A stretch of DNA of 63,573 nt, filler included, from Reclinomonas americana ATCC 50394 (lineage: Eukaryota): the NCBI GenBank assembly GCA_048213135.1. It is 6 parts of 4 records of this genome, joined end to end, with 100 filler letters (N's around TTAATTAATTAA, not from the genome) between each part and the next. Parts side by side here need not be neighbours in the genome. Positions count along the whole stretch, not along the records: positions 56,274 to 62,104 come from PS015253.1; positions 62,205 to 63,573 come from PS015254.1; 4 more parts are not named here. The stretch is one strand, 5' to 3'. Position numbers and translations under genes: made by a program. Under the pieces are notes generated by a model, which saw nothing but the letters and a program-made list of their open reading frames with translations, was not told the DNA's origin and ran no database searches. Each line of letters starts with the position of its first letter. Within the stretch, counting starts at the first letter, position 1. Shown piece by piece: positions 60,788 through 63,573 of this stretch.

Positions 60788-61361
60788 TCAGACAACCTTC
60801 GGAGGTCGTCGCAAGACACGCGCAAGAATCGGCACCACAATCAGGGTCAACGGAGCACGCACTGGCAGCGTCGCCTTGTGCACCACATACGCCACAAGGA
60901 ACGTCGATGCCCCTTCGCCGAGACTGCCCAGATCCACTCCTATGGATCGCATCATTCCTGCCTCGTCATCGATGAGCGAATGACTGTGAGTGAGAGTGTG
61001 TGCGAGAGAGAGAAGAGGACAGACCTGGCAAGTCGAGGCCCAGACGCACCGCCTGTGCGTCATGCGCAGTGAGACAACGAGTGGTATGAGCCGCAGGGAG
61101 ATTGATTCACTCAACTGTGTAGCATATTCCCAGTGACATGAGCGCCAGTGTGATGTGCGTGCCGACAGCTAGTGCGCCGTAGGTGGCGACTAGCTTCGCC
61201 ATCTTTCCCTTGCGATCGGTGGCGTCGGCCTGAGGAGGAGGAGGAGGAGAAGGAGGAGGCTGCGACGTTGTGAAGCGACGGATGGTGGACGGGAATAGTG
61301 ATGGTGATGTGGGGGTTATGCGCTGCTGCAGGGAGCGCAGGCGAGTGACGAGAAGATGCAT
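60788..61361 (-). CDS. FAM210/DUF1279 family mitochondrial protein
   Basis: Presequence-like N-terminus, then KLVATYGALAVGTH, CYT|AVRLGLDL and STFLVAYVVHKATLPVRAPLT. Confidence 0.8.
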
Positions 61362-61862
61362 GGCGACGTCGCGTATGAGATGAGAGAATGATGCGAAGTT
61401 GCATGCGGGACAACTGCACTTTGTTTGCCAGTCGCGTCGACACTCGAGACCTCCGCGGCCCATCCGAGGTGCTGGTCAAGCCTTCTTACCAGATTACGCA
61501 CGGCTATTGATGATAATCTTCCCGACGTCGACATCCAATGTACACGTTCAAATTATCTTTTCCACTCTGTCGTCGGTGGTAGTGATCGTTGCAACTAGTG
61601 CTATGTGGCTATGATGTATAAGCACCAAGGGCGCACGAGCAGGAGTGACTTCAGCGTGTCATCGCGTCCCACTCGGACTTCGTCAAAAAGGTGAGAGAGA
61701 GCGCGCACTGCTTCCGACTGTTTGCGTATTGCAGCACCGCTGTCTCTCTCTTTATGCATTTGCGCCAATGTGTGCCACAAACTGCATTTGTGTGTTTCGA
61801 GTGGGTGCTGGGGGGCATGTCATGTCTCACTTCTCTCTCTGTCTTCCTCTGTGTGCGCAGCC

Positions 61863-62029
61863 ATGACTGATGCATCAGTGGCCAGTGGGAGTGGGAGTGG
61901 TGATGCAGCAGCAGCAGTGGTGACTGAGGCCAGTGATCGCGTGTACTCTGTTCCGTTGATTGCGGAGGGATCGTGGGTCATTGTCAAGTGGGAAGATGGA
62001 TCGAACTTGGTCCGCGTGCAGCGTGGAGC
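61863..62029 (+). CDS. First coding exon, possibly tRNA m1A58 methyltransferase subunit Trm6
   Basis: LIAEGSWVIVKWEDG resembles the Trm6/Gcd10 N-terminus. It is preceded by an apparent 5' UTR intron and truncated by the contig end. Confidence 0.4.
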
Positions 62030-62104
62030 GTTGAGTAAAGAGAGAGAGAGAGAGAGCAGAGGGAGAGAGAGAGACAGAGACAGAGACAGAGACAGAGACA
62101 GAGA

Positions 62105-62204
62105 NNNNNNNNNNNNNNNNNNNNNNNNNNNNNNNNNNNNNNNNNNNNTTAATTAATTAANNNNNNNNNNNNNNNNNNNNNNNNNNNNNNNNNNNNNNNN
62201 NNNN
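62105..62204. other. Artificial contig spacer
   Basis: N44-TTAATTAATTAA-N44. Confidence 0.97.
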
Positions 62205-62295
62205 AGTAGAGAGAGGGAGAGACAGAGAAAAAGAGAGACAGACAGAGAAAGAGAGAAGAGATTGAGAGAGAGGACTGCAATTGCAAGCCACTCAC

Positions 62296-63528
62296 CAGGC
62301 ACATCCACGTAGACCTGCAGCATGCCGTCCCACGACGAGGTCACCAGGCGTGCTCCGTCGGGCGAAAATGCCACACCGTCCACCACGGCCCGATGGTCGG
62401 TGAACTGCAGCAGCTGCCGCTCATCGCCGTCGATATGGTGCACATCGTCGATGCGCACACTCCCATCCTCCATGCCCCACACTACAATGTTGCCCAGTGG
62501 CTGCCCCACGGTGACATCAGAGGTCAGCACGCAAGAGACAACTGCGATCGACAGAGCAGGAAAACACGCACATGATACTGGAGATCGCGGACGGCAGACA
62601 CGCTTTGTAGCGAGTGCACACACGCTCCAGTGTCCGTGCGCCAAACTCGAACCTGCGCCTCACAACATACGTAAGCACCCAGTCGACGACTGCAGCAGCA
62701 GTGTCCATCCATCCATCAAGCACGCACCGTGTGGTCGAGGCTGGCCGACACCAAGTGCACGGCATCGGGGTGCCACGAGAGAGCCGACACCGCGCCCGTA
62801 TGCCCATGCAGCACCTTGCCGACTCGCGCCTGCATCTGATGCCGTCGCACCACCTCCTCCACGTGCCACAACCGCACCGTGTGGTCTGCCGAGCCCGATG
62901 CCAGCACAGTCGCATGCGGCGCCCATTGCACACACGTCGCCCGATCGGTGTGGCCCTCCAGCTCACCACCGAGCACCAGCATCTCGCGCGTCCGCTCGTT
63001 CACGGAGAACATCGCCAGGCGACCATTCTCCAACGCGCATGCCGCCACCAGTGACTCACTGTGCGCCGATCGCGGAACCTGCTGCATGTGCACGGCCACT
63101 GGTGTGGAGCCTGCAGCAATCGTCTTCTCCGTGACTGGTGCATGTGCACACGCGATGCTGAGCAGCAGCAGGTGCCCAGAGGCAAAGCCGAGAAGAACGA
63201 GATCGTTGCCCCACACTGCTCCACATGTCAGACGGCGATGCTGGCTGTCCTCCTCTCGAGCTCCCGCTTCTGCGGCAGCAGTGATAACGTCGCGTGTGAG
63301 GCGTCCACGTAGCACGTCCCACAGAGCGACGCGTCCACTGAAGTGCAGCGTGAGGGCCGAGGTGGAGTCGCCGAGCATGAGCACCTCGCGAATCGAATCT
63401 TTTTCGAATGATGCGTCGGCGGCGGCGGCATGCTTGTGAGGTGCGGGTGGTTGTGTGTGAATGGAGTAGACGTGTGCGAGTTGGGTGGCGATGCGGGGGG
63501 CGCGGAGGGCGGGGTCGGCGGATGACAT
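62296..63528 (-). CDS. WD40-repeat protein (3' truncated)
   Basis: GHTDRATCVQW..ASGSADHTVRLW, GHTGAVSALSW..SASLDHT and DHRAVVDGVAFSPDG..TSSWDG. Confidence 0.8.
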
Positions 63529-63573
63529 GATTGAATGCGGACAAGTTCAACGTTCAAGAGGAACTAATAGACA

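Noticed and set aside
1-63573. Alternative genetic code or stop readthrough
   Set aside because: In-frame stops within conserved genes fall in introns. TAA, TAG and TGA all terminate modelled genes.

Overview
Gene-dense, intron-rich eukaryotic (protist-like) nuclear DNA. It encodes the centriolar protein WDR90. The window is six contig pieces joined by artificial N44-TTAATTAATTAA-N44 spacers, and it also has internal N gaps. About 25 spliced genes can be modelled by hand: a tandem array of RING/TRAF-zinc-finger/coiled-coil/TLDc genes, an RNI-like LRR gene, a secreted C39-like peptidase, RCC1-like, rhomboid, PAP2-like, topoisomerase III, PAK1IP1/MAK11, WDR90, mL43, RRS1, clathrin heavy chain, R3H-SUZ, an EF-hand protein, CWF19L1, FAM210-like, TRM6-like and WD40 proteins. 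The strongest novel signal is in the splice sites. About 23 introns (roughly 1 in 7 by my manual count) start with a donor carrying one extra T: GTTGCGT, GTTGAGT, GTTACGT or GTTTCGT instead of GTGCGT, GTGAGT, GTACGT or GTTCGT. Every one follows an exon that lacks the usual -1 G. This matches the +1-shifted U1 pairing register known only as a rare exception in humans, apparently used here as a major donor class. A clear AT-AC U12-type intron and GC-AG introns are also present. The TLDc array shows patch-wise hypervariability suggestive of a diversifying receptor family. All gene models are manual and have no transcript support.
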